Below are positions 11,595 to 24,026 of a DNA stretch of 43,586 nucleotides, piece after piece (positions within the stretch are counted from its first letter, which is position 1; each line of letters begins with the position of its first letter). Under the pieces are notes generated by a model. The model was not told where the DNA came from. It was given only the letters and a program-made list of their open reading frames with translations, and made no database searches. The DNA comes from Octopus sinensis (lineage: Eukaryota). The position numbers were made by a program, and so were the translations under genes. Location of the stretch: NCBI RefSeq assembly GCF_006345805.1, contig NW_021835009.1, positions 1-43,586 of the forward strand. The letters are read 5' to 3'.

Positions 11595-11890
11595 GGAGGC
11601 ACATGGCCCAGTGGTTAGAGCAGCGGACTCGCCGTCGAGGGATCGCGGGTTCGAATCTCAGACCGGGCGATGTGTGTGTTTATGAACGAAACACCTAAGC
11701 TCCACGCGGCTCCGACAGAAGGTAATGGCGAACTTCTGCTGACTCTTTCGCCACAATTTTCTCTCACTCTTTCCTCCTGCATCTTGCAGCTCACCTGCCG
11801 ACGGACCGGCGTCCCGTCCAGGTGGGGAACCTATACGCCAAGGAAACCGGGAAACCGGCTTTTATTAGCCAGGCGTGGCTCGAGAAGGAA
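11595..11890 (+). mobile_element. SINE with an F1-type head and an alternative 3' module
   Basis: GGAGGCACATGGCCCAGTGGTTAGAGCAGCGGACTCGC..GGTTCGAATCTC, then diverges from F1 after CTCTCACTCTTTC. Confidence 0.8.
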
Positions 11891-12021
11891 TAAACAAATT
11901 ACTGATCTTGTGCCAAAATCTAAAACCAATATTCAAAGCAGCTTTGCATATCCAAATCTGAGTCATTTTTTTTAGACATTTTTCTTTTAGAAGCACCTCT
12001 TACATGCCATCAAATACGGTA

Positions 12022-13256
12022 CAGTAATCCCTCGAATATCGCGGGTGTTACATTCTCAAAACCACGCAATAGGTGAAAATCCGCGAAATAGAAACAGTAC
12101 TGTATATTATTTTTATAACTTGTATATATTTATCTCTCTATATAAAGCTGAAATTGTCTGTGTATGGCAGGTTTGGTAGCCTTCAACTAACACTCTCTCC
12201 TCCGAGACCCGGTGGTGCAAGTTCACCAAAATTGAGAGTATGATAGAAGAAGGCTTGCTCTTCCTTCCGTAGAAGAAAAAATTCAAATCGGACCATGTTA
12301 ACACCAAAATTATTTACATCGAAAAAGTGCTTTTTTTCTATGAAAATCCGTTTTTTACGATTTTTTGACTGCTGTGTCGCCATTTTTCGGTGCATTTCAA
12401 CCAGAAAAATGTTCACTTAAAGAGAATAACAAGCTACATAATGCAACATTTTTACTTTTCAAAAATTCCAATTCTAAAGGGTTGAAACAAATCCGAGCAA
12501 CTCCGGGCGATACTGCTATCTATATATATAAAGCTGAAGTTGTCTGTGTATGGCAGGTTTGGTAGCCTTCAACTAATACTATCTCGTCCGAGACCCTGCG
12601 GCGCAAGTTAACCAAAATTGAGAGTATGAGATAGAAGAAGGCTTGCTCTTCCTTCCGTAGAAGAAAAAATTCAAATCAGACCATGTTAACACCAAAAATT
12701 ATTTACATCAAAAAGGTGCTTTTTTTCTATGAAAATCCCTATTTTTTTACGAGTTTTTACTGCTGTGTCGCCATTTTTCAGTGCATTTCAACCAGAAAAA
12801 TGTTCACTTAAAGAGAATAACAAGCTACACAATGCAAAATTTTTACTTTTCAAAAATTCCAATTCTAAAGGGTTGAAACAAACCTGAGCAACGCCGGGCG
12901 ATACTGCCAGTTTTATTATAAATGCAACACAACACCCCACACTCGCTTCCCGAGTTTCGTTTTCCATACACTATTTGCAATTCTTTGTTTACTCATCTAC
13001 GGTACATAACGTATTTTCTTTTAATATATTTTAATTAATGTGCTGTACTGTATTTTTATTTATTAATTTCTAGGCGTGAAAATGCTTATTTTGCTACAGA
13101 AATAATTAAAATCTGAAAAAAAAAAAAATACTTATTGGCCGCAGAAACCCGTGATATACTGAGGAGTCCACGATATAAATTTACATATATTAGCTAAAAA
13201 AATCCGCGATGTACTGAGGAGCGATAGGTGAACCGCGATATGGCGAGTGATAACTG
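12022..13256. mobile_element. pogo/Tigger-like MITE with TA TSD (host of the Helitron dimer)
   Basis: TA|CAGTAATCCCTCGAATATCGCGG ... CCGCGATATGGCGAGTGATAACTG|TA. Confidence 0.75.
12133..12910 (+). mobile_element. Head-to-tail dimer of a non-autonomous Helitron (12133-12518, 12519-12910)
   Basis: A|TC start. Both units end in CC(G/T)GAGCAAC(T/G)CCGGGCGATACTGC(TA/CAG). Followed by T. Confidence 0.82.
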
Positions 13257-13404
13257 TATTCTATTTGTGAAAATATCTCATTCTACTTCTCATCCCTTAT
13301 ATCCAGAATTTATTGTTAAACAGGAACATCTGCAAGATAAAAGCAAGTTTTCAGACTCGAGCTTCAAAATCTGAATAAGCTTAATTTTACTCTACATGGG
13401 TTTC

Positions 13405-13938
13405 AAATCATTTTAGGGGAGGGGGATAGTCGATTACAACGACCCCAGTGCTCAACTGGTACATATTTTCTCAGCCCCAAAAGCTGAAAGGCAAAATCGA
13501 CGTCGGCGGAAATTGAACCCCACGGAATGTAAAGGGGCTAAACACAGAGGGGACAAACAAGAACAGACAAAGAGATTAAGTCGATTACATCGACACCAGT
13601 GCGTAACTGGTACTTAATTTATTGACCCCGAAAGGATGAAAGGCAAAGTCGACCTCGGCGGAATTTGAACTCAAAACGTAGCGGTAGACGAAATACCTAT
13701 TTCTATTTCTTTACTACCCACAAGGGGTTAAACACAGAGAGGACAAAACAAGGACAGACAAACGGATTAAGTCGATTACATCGACCCCAGTGCGTAACTG
13801 GTACTTATTTAATCGACCCCGAAAGGATGAAAGGCAAAGTCGACCTTGGCGGAATTTGAACTCAGAACGTAACGGCAGACGAAATACCGCTAAGCATTTC
13901 GCCCGGCGTGCTAACGTTTCTGCCAGCTCGCCGCCTTA
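13405..13938 (-). mobile_element. SINE F2 concatemer (one head, two or more bodies)
   Basis: Repeated CAAACGGATTAAGTCGATTACATCGAC..GAAAGGATGAAAGGCAAAGTCGACC units. Confidence 0.88.
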
Positions 13939-14004
13939 GATTAAATCTACATTAGCACATAGAGATTAATAAAGATTAACAAAGATGAATCTTTCTCAAG
14001 CATT

Positions 14005-14210
14005 AGGTGGCGAGCTGGCGGAATCCTTAACGCGCTGGGCGAAATGCTTGGCGGCATTTTATCTGAGTTCAAATTCTGCCGAAGTCGACTTTGCCTTTCA
14101 TCCTTTCAAGATCGATAAAATAAATAACAGTTGGGTACTGGAGTCGATGTAATCAACTTGCCGCCTCCCCCGAAATTGCTGGCCTTGTGCCAAAATTTGA
14201 AATCGATATT
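14005..14210 (+). mobile_element. SINE F2 (tail B)
   Basis: GGTGGCGAGCTGGCGGAATCC..GCCTTGTGCCAAAATTTGAAA. Confidence 0.82.
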
Positions 14211-14779
14211 TTTCAAGCCTATAACAAATGAGTGGTGGAAAAGCTAAAAATATTTGAGATCGTTACCAAATATTGAAAAGAAATCGAGGGAAGATTTTAA
14301 AATATATTTCGAAGTTGGATGGAAAATGGATGCGGCTAACTGGGATGAGATATTATTTGATGCGGAAATATAAAATGTAAACATTGTATCTCAGATAATA
14401 AATTCATTTTTATGTTTGTGGATCGCGAAGTTAAACCGTTGTTGAAAAACCCTTCAGTAACATTGTATATAAAGGTGCCCGATTTAGACAGAAGACCAGC
14501 AGTTTTAAAGGAAAGCTCCCTATACGGTGCCCAGTGTTCGCCGGGTGCTATCCCGCAGTAAATGGGCGTAGAAATAAAGCACGTATACTGTGTGTGTGCG
14601 AACGATAATATTTGTCATTGCAAGAGCTGGTTTTTAATTCGTAATTTAACATTCTTTTACATGTGCTTCGCTGCAGCACATCAGCAACTGGACTTCATTC
14701 TATTTGTATATAAATCATAGACCAGCGATTCACTTTGTTTCAAGGTGACCTGAGTACATGATATTGATTTTTTTTTTTT

Positions 14780-15080
14780 TTTTATGTGACCGACCAGTCC
14801 ATCAGATGTAGTTACACATTGCTGGTCACAATGCGTTCGCATTGTTTTAGCCTTCGAATGACGCCACCCCGCTGGCTAAGCGAACAGGCCAACAGAAGAA
14901 AGAGTGGGAGAAAAGAGTGGTGAAAGAGTACAGCAGAGATCACCCCCCCCCTGCCGGAGCCTCGTGGAGCTTTTAGGTGTTTTCACTCAATAAACACTCA
15001 CAACACCCGGTCTGGGAATCGAAACCGCGATCCTACGACCGCGAGTCCGCTGCCCTAACCATTGGGCCATTGCACCTCCA
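14780..15080 (-). mobile_element. SINE with an F1 head and a third 3' module
   Basis: Head nearly identical to F1; 3' part GCTGGCTAAGCGAACAGGCC differs. Confidence 0.8.
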
Positions 15081-15837
15081 CATGATATTGATAGGCCATA
15101 ATAATGGCGAAATATCGATATCTACCATTCACGGTGATTCCGAGGCGAATTGTCTCCCCTGGCCTGGGAAACTCGGCGTTCTTTAACTCTCGGTGTCGTG
15201 TGGGGAGTTTTCCCCGGACGCTATCCCGCAGCAAATAAGCATATAAACAAGCACATATATTATGTCCGTGCAACTGATAATGTTTACATTACCAGAGCTA
15301 CTTAGAATTCGTCATTTAACACACACACACACACACACACACAACAATATGTGTATGAGGGAAATTATCTGCTGTTTCTAACATGTGGAGCTACCACGCA
15401 GAGGCGTTCCCTCGTCGGCTCGAAATAAATTTAATTATCATCATTTAGTCCCAGATAACCTCGCATTAGACAGATGTATGACGAAAGAAGACATTCCAAA
15501 CCGTGACCATCCGCCTTTTGTATTCCCAGGAATTACGTGGTTCAAATTATCCCATATTTAAAACACTAGGGTGCGATATGAGGTAGATCTGGCTGCTGTT
15601 TCCAGCAAGTTGAACGGTCATGTAGGAACTCTCTTGTTGAAGACAAAGATCAGCTGACGTCAATGTACGTCAGCTGATATGGCGGAAAATATTGTGAGGC
15701 AGCCATACAACAGGCAGACATACGATGCTCTCGTCTGCTAGAAAACGAAACCCCCCCTCACTCTTTTCTCTCTCCTCTCTCTTTCTTCTCTTTCCCCTCT
15801 CTCTCTCCCTTCCTTTTACACTTATGTTTTATTCCTT

Positions 15838-16092
<255 letters not shown>

Positions 16093-16603
16093 AGCTGGAG
16101 AGAGAGAGAGGCTGGGGAGAAGGAGAGAGAGTAAAGAACGATAAGAAGTTATGAGCTACTTTTTTGCGTTACACCAAAAAAAAAATGGCTGATGTGAAGA
16201 GCGGGTTAAGTTATGAGTTGCAGTTGTTAAAGGAGGGCGCGAGGGCTGGTGAGAGTGAGTGAGTGAGTGCTGGCCGAGTTTCGGTTACTTATGTAGATAT
16301 ACCTAAACGAGCCTCTTCATAATAAGTACACATCATCATCATCATCATCGCCGTCATGATCATGATCATCATAACCATCATCATCACCGTCATCATCACC
16401 GTCATCGTCGTCGTTGTCATCGTCATCGGGGCAACGATCTGGCGGAGCTGTTAAAACATAGGGAAAATACATTTGCGATATTTCTTCCGACCCTTTACAT
16501 TCTGAGTTCAAATCCTACATTCCATTCCTCTGGGAGCGTCGATAAAGTAAAGCGCCAGTTAAGGACTGGCATTGAGGATATTGACTAACTCCTTCTTATC
16601 ATA

Positions 16604-18420
16604 GGAATTTTCCAAGGGGACTCGTTGTCCCCTTTAATATTTATCTTATGCTTGATCCCTCTCAGTGTAGTAGTATTAAGGAAGGAAAAGCCAAGGTATC
16701 GGTTCAGAAATAGTAAGGGGAAAATTAACCATTTGCTCACCATGGATGATCTGAAGCTTTTTAGCAAGAATGAAAAAGAGACAGGTTCCTTAATGCAGAT
16801 TGTAAGACTCTTCAGCAAAAATATAGGCATGGAATTTCATGTAGATAAATGCAGGGCGGCGAGCTGGCAGAATCGTTAGCACGCCGGACGAAATGCTTGG
16901 CAGTATTTCGTCTGCCGCTACGTTCTGATTTCAAATTCCGCCGAGGTCGACTTTGCCTTTCATCCTTTCGGGGTCGATTAAAGAAGTACCAGTCACGCAC
17001 TGGGGTCGATATAATCGACTTAATCCGTTTGTCTTTCCTTGTTTGTCCCCTCTGTGTTTAGCCCCTTGTGGGTAGTAAAGAAATAGGTAGTCAACAGCGA
17101 AGGCATCCAATTATCAGATGGCCAGACATTAGAATCATTGAAAGGAGGAGAGAGTGTTAGAATCTGACAGAGTTCTAACTACGGAAATGAAAACGAAAAT
17201 TGAGAAGGAGTACATCAGAAGGGTGAAGAAGCTAATGAAATCAAAGCTAAATGGTCCGCATCTAGTGAAGGACGTAAATACTTGGGCAGTATTATTACTT
17301 AGATACTCACCAGTTTTTGTAGATTGGACACAAACTGGATTAGCAAAACTAGACAGAAGAACTAGGAGGGAATTCAATATTAATGGAAGACTCCACCAAA
17401 GGGCAGGAGTAGCAAGATTATACTTACCTAGAAAGGAAGTCGGAAGAGGGTTAATATCTGTAGAAGCCTGCGTGGATTTAGCTAGAGTAGATATAGACTT
17501 CTATAAAGGTAATAGTGAAGAAAGATTATTAAAAGCTGCTAGTCACTGCAAGACATAAAGAAATTAAAAACCCAAACGAATTTAAAAACCAGAAAAAAGA
17601 ACATAAATTATCTGACTGGCAGGAGAAGGCGCTGTATGGTAGATTTCCAGATAGTTACAGCAGATAGTAGTAGTGAGACACACGGTCATGGTTGCAAAAA
17701 GGAAAGTTTGAAAGAAGACAGAAAGTTTGTTAGTAGCTGCACAAGATTAAGCATTAAGGACTAATTGGATAAAGGCCAAGATAGATAAAAACCAGGTAGA
17801 TTCCCAATGTAGGTTAATCAAATCAAAAGAGAACATCGTCACTCATATAGTAAGTGGATGTAGCATGCTGGCACAGAAAGAATACAAGAAAAGACATGAC
17901 AACCTAGGAAGAGCAATCCACTGGGAGTTATGTAGAAAGCTAGGATTTGAACATACTGATAAATGGTATGAACATGAACCTAGTAAATTACTAGAAAGTA
18001 AGAAATATAAGATGTTGTGGGACTTCAAACATTCAGACTGACAGAGGAATAGAAGGCCTGATTTGGTAGTAGTAAAGAGAAGAGAAAGTGCCAGATAACT
18101 GACTTTACAGTCTTAAATGATGAAAAAATCAATATGAGAAATATAGAAAAAATAGCAAAGTACCAGGACCTAGACATTGGATTACAGAGTCTATGGAAAG
18201 TAAGGGTAAAATGTATCTCAGTGGTTATAGGTGCATTGGGAACGATCCCTAAAGATTTGAACAGATGGGTAGAGGAAATAGGCATAAAACCCAGTTTGGT
18301 ACAGCTACAAATAATAGTGTTATTGGGGACAGCTAGGATACTTAGGAGGGTTCCTGGCATCTAAGGTTACTTGTTGTAGCCAGATTTTAGGATCTTTTGT
18401 CTTTTCCAACAGTCTAATCT
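16604..18420 (+). mobile_element. R4/Dong-like non-LTR retrotransposon remnant (RT, CCHC, restriction-like endonuclease), pseudogenised
   Basis: GIFQGDSLSP, HLLTMDDLKL, CRL..E..THIVSGC, RRPDLVVV..ITDF..EKIAKYQDL, VVIGALG. Contains stops, frameshifts and a SINE insertion. Confidence 0.88.
16855..17088 (+). mobile_element. SINE F2 inserted in the R4-like RT region
   Basis: Full head and tail A ending AAAGAAATAGGTA; the RT translation resumes VVNSEGIQL. Confidence 0.9.
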
Positions 18421-18444
18421 GTTGTGTGTGTATGTTTTATTTTT

Positions 18445-18995
18445 ATAGCGTGCTTTCACTTCACTACCGAGCGCAGCTCTGTGTGCCTTGGGTATGTGCT
18501 GTGATTTGTTGTGATGCTCTGATGGTTACTGTATTGAAAGTGTTCTGCGTAGGATGTGTGCAGTGCCTAGTAGTGCAATTTTCTGTATGTTATATGTGTT
18601 TGTAAGTTCGGGTGTTTTTGTCATGTATTTGTCTGAATATTTTTTTATCATGCCCAATGCACCCACTATGATAGGAATTTTCTGTTTTTAGATTCCACAT
18701 TCTGGTTACCTCTATTTCCAGGTCTTTGTATTTTGAAAGTTTCTCCATTTCTTTTAGAGACACGTTGTCATCAGCCGGTATTGATACATCAATTAGAAAG
18801 CATTTTTTTTCTTCATGATCTCTGACAACTATATCTGGTCTGTTGGCCTTAATTTCTCTATCTGTGTGTATTGGCATATCCCAGAGTATGGTTGCTTTCT
18901 CGTTTTCTGTGACCTTTTCTGGTGTGTGCCTATACCATCTTTTTTCTGTTGTTATTCCATAGTGTTGACATAGCTTCCAGTGTATGTAGGTTCCA

Positions 18996-18996
<1 letters not shown>
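18445..18996 (-). mobile_element. R4/Dong-like 3' fragment, second subfamily
   Basis: ILWDMPIHTDREIKANRPDIVV..CFLIDVSIP..EKLSKYKDL. The 5' end abuts sense-strand (TAA)n. Confidence 0.88.
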
Positions 18997-19032
<36 letters not shown>

Positions 19033-19034
19033 GT

Positions 19035-19335
19035 ATTAAAACTCACAGCTTATATTGCTGGGTTTGATGGAAAGTGTCAGCTGTCCACTGCCAGCAGACT
19101 AAGGTGACACTTGTTTTACTGGTCACGCTTCAAGAACCCTGTGAAGAATTCTTGCAGTTCTAAGCAATGCTGATTTTTGTAGGTGTTCTACCTTCACACT
19201 TACACCAATCTTTTTCAGCCATGTTGGTAGTTGAGTACTGATACTTCCAAGGGCACCAGTTACTATTGGTATCATGTTTTCTCTCTTCATTGACCACAAA
19301 CTTTGTATTTCCCACTTATATCGTCATAATTGATT
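19035..19335 (-). mobile_element. R4/Dong-like 3' fragment, third subfamily
   Basis: IPIVTGALGSI..LQKSALLRTARIL. The 3' end runs into sense-strand (TAA)n. Confidence 0.8.
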
Positions 19336-19339
19336 TATC

Positions 19340-19394
<55 letters not shown>

Positions 19395-19395
<1 letters not shown>

Positions 19396-19737
19396 CTAAA
19401 ACAATACCTGTTGTCATAGGTGCCCTGGGAATGATAGCGAAAGGGGCTGATTGCTACCTAACTCAGATACCAGGAAACCCAAAAATGGCAGAAATTCAAA
19501 AGATAGTGCTCATGGGAACTGCTCATATCCTACGCAAAATACTTTCTATGGGTTTAAAACAAACATAATTTTCGTTTTTTTTTTTTTGAACATTCACTTG
19601 TACAACACCAAAAAAAACTCCAAATATATGGCACACAAGGCATAACAACAACGTGAACTTCCAACCTGTTGTCTCTTGAGGTCTCTGGGTGAGACTTGGA
19701 GCCAACTCGTACAAATATAAATCAAAAGTCAAACATA

Positions 19738-19738
<1 letters not shown>
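19395..19738 (+). mobile_element. R4/Dong-like 3' fragment, fourth subfamily, (TAA)n on both sides
   Basis: KTIPVVIGALGMI..IQKIVLMGTAHILRKILSM plus 3' UTR. Confidence 0.85.
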
Positions 19739-19785
<47 letters not shown>

Positions 19786-19878
19786 GAATAATAATAATAT
19801 TATTAATATTATTATTATTATTATTATTGTTATTATCATCATTATTATCATTATTATCATTATTATTATTACTATTAC

Positions 19879-19917
<39 letters not shown>

Positions 19918-19925
19918 CGTTATTG

Positions 19926-19965
<40 letters not shown>

Positions 19966-20048
19966 TATTACTATTATTATTATTATTATTATTACTATTA
20001 TTACTATTATTATTATTATTACTATTATTATTATCATCATCATTATTA

Positions 20049-20140
<92 letters not shown>
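19739..20140. repeat. (TAA)n then (TTA)n
   Basis: Read directly. Confidence 0.97.
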
Positions 20141-20141
<1 letters not shown>

Positions 20142-20159
20142 TTTCCTCGGGATATTGGA

Positions 20160-20400
20160 AGTAATGAATTTTTCAGAAGAGCATCATGGGAACAAATCGT
20201 GATACCTCAACAGAACAACGACGTTCGCTTGTTGGACACGTCCTGAAGCTGTTGGACAAGCGAAGCATTGCGATGGATACCGAAAAGAAGCAGAAGGGGG
20301 TAGGGGGTAGACCCCCGGGTTACACAGCAGCAAACCTTTCAGGATTACTTGGAAGCAGTCAGCAAATCTAATATTTGGGGCCATGTCTAGCATTTGAAGA
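20160..20400 (+). mobile_element. Degraded RTE-like LINE 3' fragment
   Basis: RRSLVGHVLK..KQKG..GRPP resembles the RTE C-terminal RRLR.AGHV.R..KR.RGRP motif. Confidence 0.5.
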
Positions 20401-20454
20401 CTTTCCTAACTTTTCGCCCAGCTTTCCCCTAATGCTACCCTCTTAACTCTCTTT

Positions 20455-20682
20455 TACTCTTTTACTTGTTTCACTCATGTGACTGTGGCCATGCTGGAGC
20501 ACCGCCTTTAGTCGAGCAAATCGAACCCAGGACTTATTCGTTGTAAGCCTAATACTTATTCTATTGGTCTTTCTTGCCGAACTGCTAAGTTATGGAGACG
20601 TAAACACACCAGCATCGGTTGTCAAGCGATGATGATGGAGGGGACAAACACAGACACACAAACTTATACACATACACACACA

Positions 20683-20758
<76 letters not shown>

Positions 20759-20905
20759 CGACGGGCTTCTTTCAGTTTCCGTCTACCAAATCCACTCACA
20801 AGGCTATAGTAGAAGACACATGCTCAAGGTGCCATGCAGTGGGACTGAACCCGGAACCAGGTGGTTGGAAAGCAAGCTATTTACCACACAGCGACTCCTG
20901 CGCCT
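20455..20905 (-). mobile_element. SINE F3, full length with a central CA/TA tract
   Basis: Both halves are present around a microsatellite. Confidence 0.88.
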
Positions 20906-21079
20906 ATGACCATTTTCCAATAATAATAATAATGATAATAATAATAATATGAAAATACCAATAAAACAATTGTACCACTAAAATATAGTTAACTGTGAGA
21001 TGTAGGTAGCAGTAAATTACTAATGTGTTGTTGTTGTTGTTGTTGTGACAGAGCAACTCTAGTGAAATTGGCTTCTCCT

Positions 21080-22127
21080 TGACCAATGACAACTAAGATT
21101 TGAGTGTCCTAAAAAGTCATTGTGTCTAGTACATTTGACTATGTTGTTAACCACTATCATATCATATTTGACAGTCAACTAACCACTTGAAAATATCCAG
21201 TCTAAGTGACAGTGTAATTGACATATAATAATCCCGTGTAATTGACATATAATAACGATGTCCTACACAACTGATAGCGTCCTATAAAACTGATAATGTC
21301 CTATGCAATTGACATTGCTCTCTACAACTGACAGCATTTTATGCAATTGACTTAACCTATATAATTAATGTTGCTCTTTGCAATTGACAATATCCAATAT
21401 AATTAACGATGACCTGTACAAGTGACTGTGTTATTTACCATTGACATGCCATATATTTGAGTGTCCTAATTGACAATGTATTGTATAATTGACATAGCTC
21501 AACTATATAACTGATTATGACCTATATAATTTGATTGTACTATACAGTTGACATTACCCTGTATTACAGGCATGCACTATATAATTGACAGTACATTATT
21601 TACATTTGACGGATATTTGTCCTCATCTTGTTTGTTGTTAACACAACGTTTTTGCCGTTAACACAACGTTGTGTTAACAACAAACAAGATGAGGACAAAT
21701 ATCCGTCAAATGTAAATCACGTAAATAATGTACATAATTCCTCATGTCAAATATAGAACTGTATAAATGACAGTGTCCTCTACAATTGACTATGTCATAC
21801 ACAATTGACAATGTCATACACAATTGTCAGTGTCCTACACAAGTAATAATGTCCTGTATAAGTGACTATACCCTATACTATTGACAATGTCCTGTACAAT
21901 TGACAATATCCTCTATAATTAACAGTATCCTATAAAATTGATAATGTCCTGTACAATCGACAATGTCCTATATAATTGACAGTCTCCTTCACAATTGACA
22001 ATGTCCTGTACAATTGACAGTATCCTATACGACTAATAATGTCCTGTATAATTGACAATGCTTTCTATAATTGACAATGTCCTGTATAATTGACAGTGTC
22101 CTATGCAATTGACAATGTCCTATATGA
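21080..22127 (+). repeat. 19-bp minisatellite, consensus TTGACAATGTCCTRTAYAA
   Basis: 13 consecutive in-phase 19-bp units counted at 21881-22127; more degenerate units upstream. Confidence 0.9.
21598..21717. repeat. Perfect 53-bp inverted repeat with a 14-nt spacer, inserted in the minisatellite
   Basis: Arms 21598-21650 and 21665-21717; an internal 22-bp palindrome at 21657-21678. Confidence 0.93.
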
Positions 22128-22559
22128 CCAGTAGTGTCCCTGTGCACCACACCTTGTGTCACTCTAACCACTACCACCATCGTTTCGGCACCATTATCGC
22201 TGCCTCTGCCACCACTACGGCCAGTGGTACACCTCCCCACTTGCTACCACCTTCATTACCCTCAGGGTCAAAACCATCACTCCTATTATGATCGCCATTA
22301 CCACCACCACCACCACCACCACCACCACCACCACAGTACAACTGCAACCACCATTGCTACTCCCCACCACCACAACCACCACCACCACCATCGCCACAAC
22401 ACTCTCAACCGACCACTTTCAGCGTTTTTGCTCCCTTTGTATTACTCTGGTTCCGCTTACTTCCTCCCACTCCTTTCTTTCTTTCTTCTCCTCCTATTCC
22501 CCCTCCTCCTCGTCATCATCATCATCATCATCATCATCATCCCGAACTTCTTCTTAACC

Positions 22560-22717
22560 TTCTAATTCCACCCCCCGCGCCTTCCTTTGTTTCCTCTTTT
22601 CTTTTCATCTTCTTTCTCTACCTTCTTTTTTCCCCTTCTTCCATCACTTGTAGCCAGTCATTCTCTCTCCCCTTCCCTCTCCCCCTCTCTCTTACTATCC
22701 CTCCCACTATCTCTACA

Positions 22718-22749
<32 letters not shown>

Positions 22750-23990
22750 AACCCACTTCTGTCTTTGTTCAACTTCCTCTTCTACCTTGTCTTCTCTCCC
22801 TTCTCTCTCTTTTATTCTTCCTTTCTATCTATCCTCCTCTCTCCCTCCCTCTTACTCCCTCTCTCTTTTGCCTATTTTCTCTGTTGTTTATTTGTTATTC
22901 TTTGTTTCTCTTTCTATTCATTATCTTCTTTTCTGTTGTTCTTTGTTTCTTTCCTTACTTCTTTCCTTCCTTCATTCCTTCCTTCCTTCCTTATTTTCTT
23001 TCTCCTTTCTCCTATTTCACACTCATTTTCCTTCGTCCTCACTTTCTTCCTAATATCATTTCTTTCAGTCCTTCTTTCCCCTATTTTGTTCGGTCTTCTT
23101 CTTCCTATCTCTTCTTCTCGTGTGTCCTTTCTTTCCTTCTTTCTTTCTTTCCTTCTTTCTTTCTTTCTTTCCTTCTTTCTTTCAATCCTTCTTTCCCCTA
23201 TTTTGTTCGGTCTTCTTCTTCCTATCTCACATTTCCTTTCTTTCCTTCTTTCTTTGCTTCTCTTTTCTTTCTTTCCTTCTTTCTTTCTTTCCTTCTTTCT
23301 TTCATTCTTTCCTTTTTTCTTTCTTTCTTTCTTTTCTTCTTTCTTTCTTTCCTTCTTTCTTTCATTCTCTCTTTCTTTCTTTCTTTCTTTCTTCATACAT
23401 CCTCTTTTTCTTCTTTCATTCCTTCAATTATTTCTCCTCGTTTTTCTTACCCTCGTTCTTCCTCCTCCTCCTCCGCCTCCTCTTTTCATTTCCCTGTGTC
23501 TGTCTCTCTCCCTCTCTCTCTCCCTTTTTCTCTCTCTCTCCTTCCCTTTCTCTCTCACTCTCTCTCTCTCTCTCTCTTCATTACCTTCTTTTCATTCTCT
23601 CTCTCTCTCCTTCCCTTTCTTCACGCTCACGCGATCCCTATTACTTTTATCCTTTCATCATTTTCTCATCCTCTTTCTCTTTTCCTTTTCTATCCCCCTC
23701 TCTATGTTTCACCCCCTTTCTATCTTTCTCCTCTCCTTCAGCTTTTTCTCTCTCTTTTATTCTTTTTTTTCTCCTATCATTCTCTCTGAACTTATTTCCT
23801 CTCTCTCTCATTCCCCTTTCTTTCCTTCTCTCTCTCTCTCTTTCTTTGTCTCTCTCTCTCTTCTGTCTTTATTTAACTTCATTTCTTCTCTCGCCCTCTC
23901 TTTCTCTCTCTCTCTCTTTTTCATTCTCTCTTTCGAATTTCCTTTTACTTTCTGCCCTCTCTTTCTCTCTCTCTCTCTTTCGCCCTTTTT

Positions 23991-24026
<36 letters not shown>

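Noticed and set aside
14225-14400. Short open frame LPNIEKKSREDF..WDEILFD
   Set aside because: Possibly an old LINE remnant, but too short to assign.
21080-22127. CRISPR-like array
   Set aside because: Units are contiguous 19-mers with no unique spacers, there are no cas genes, and the context is eukaryotic.
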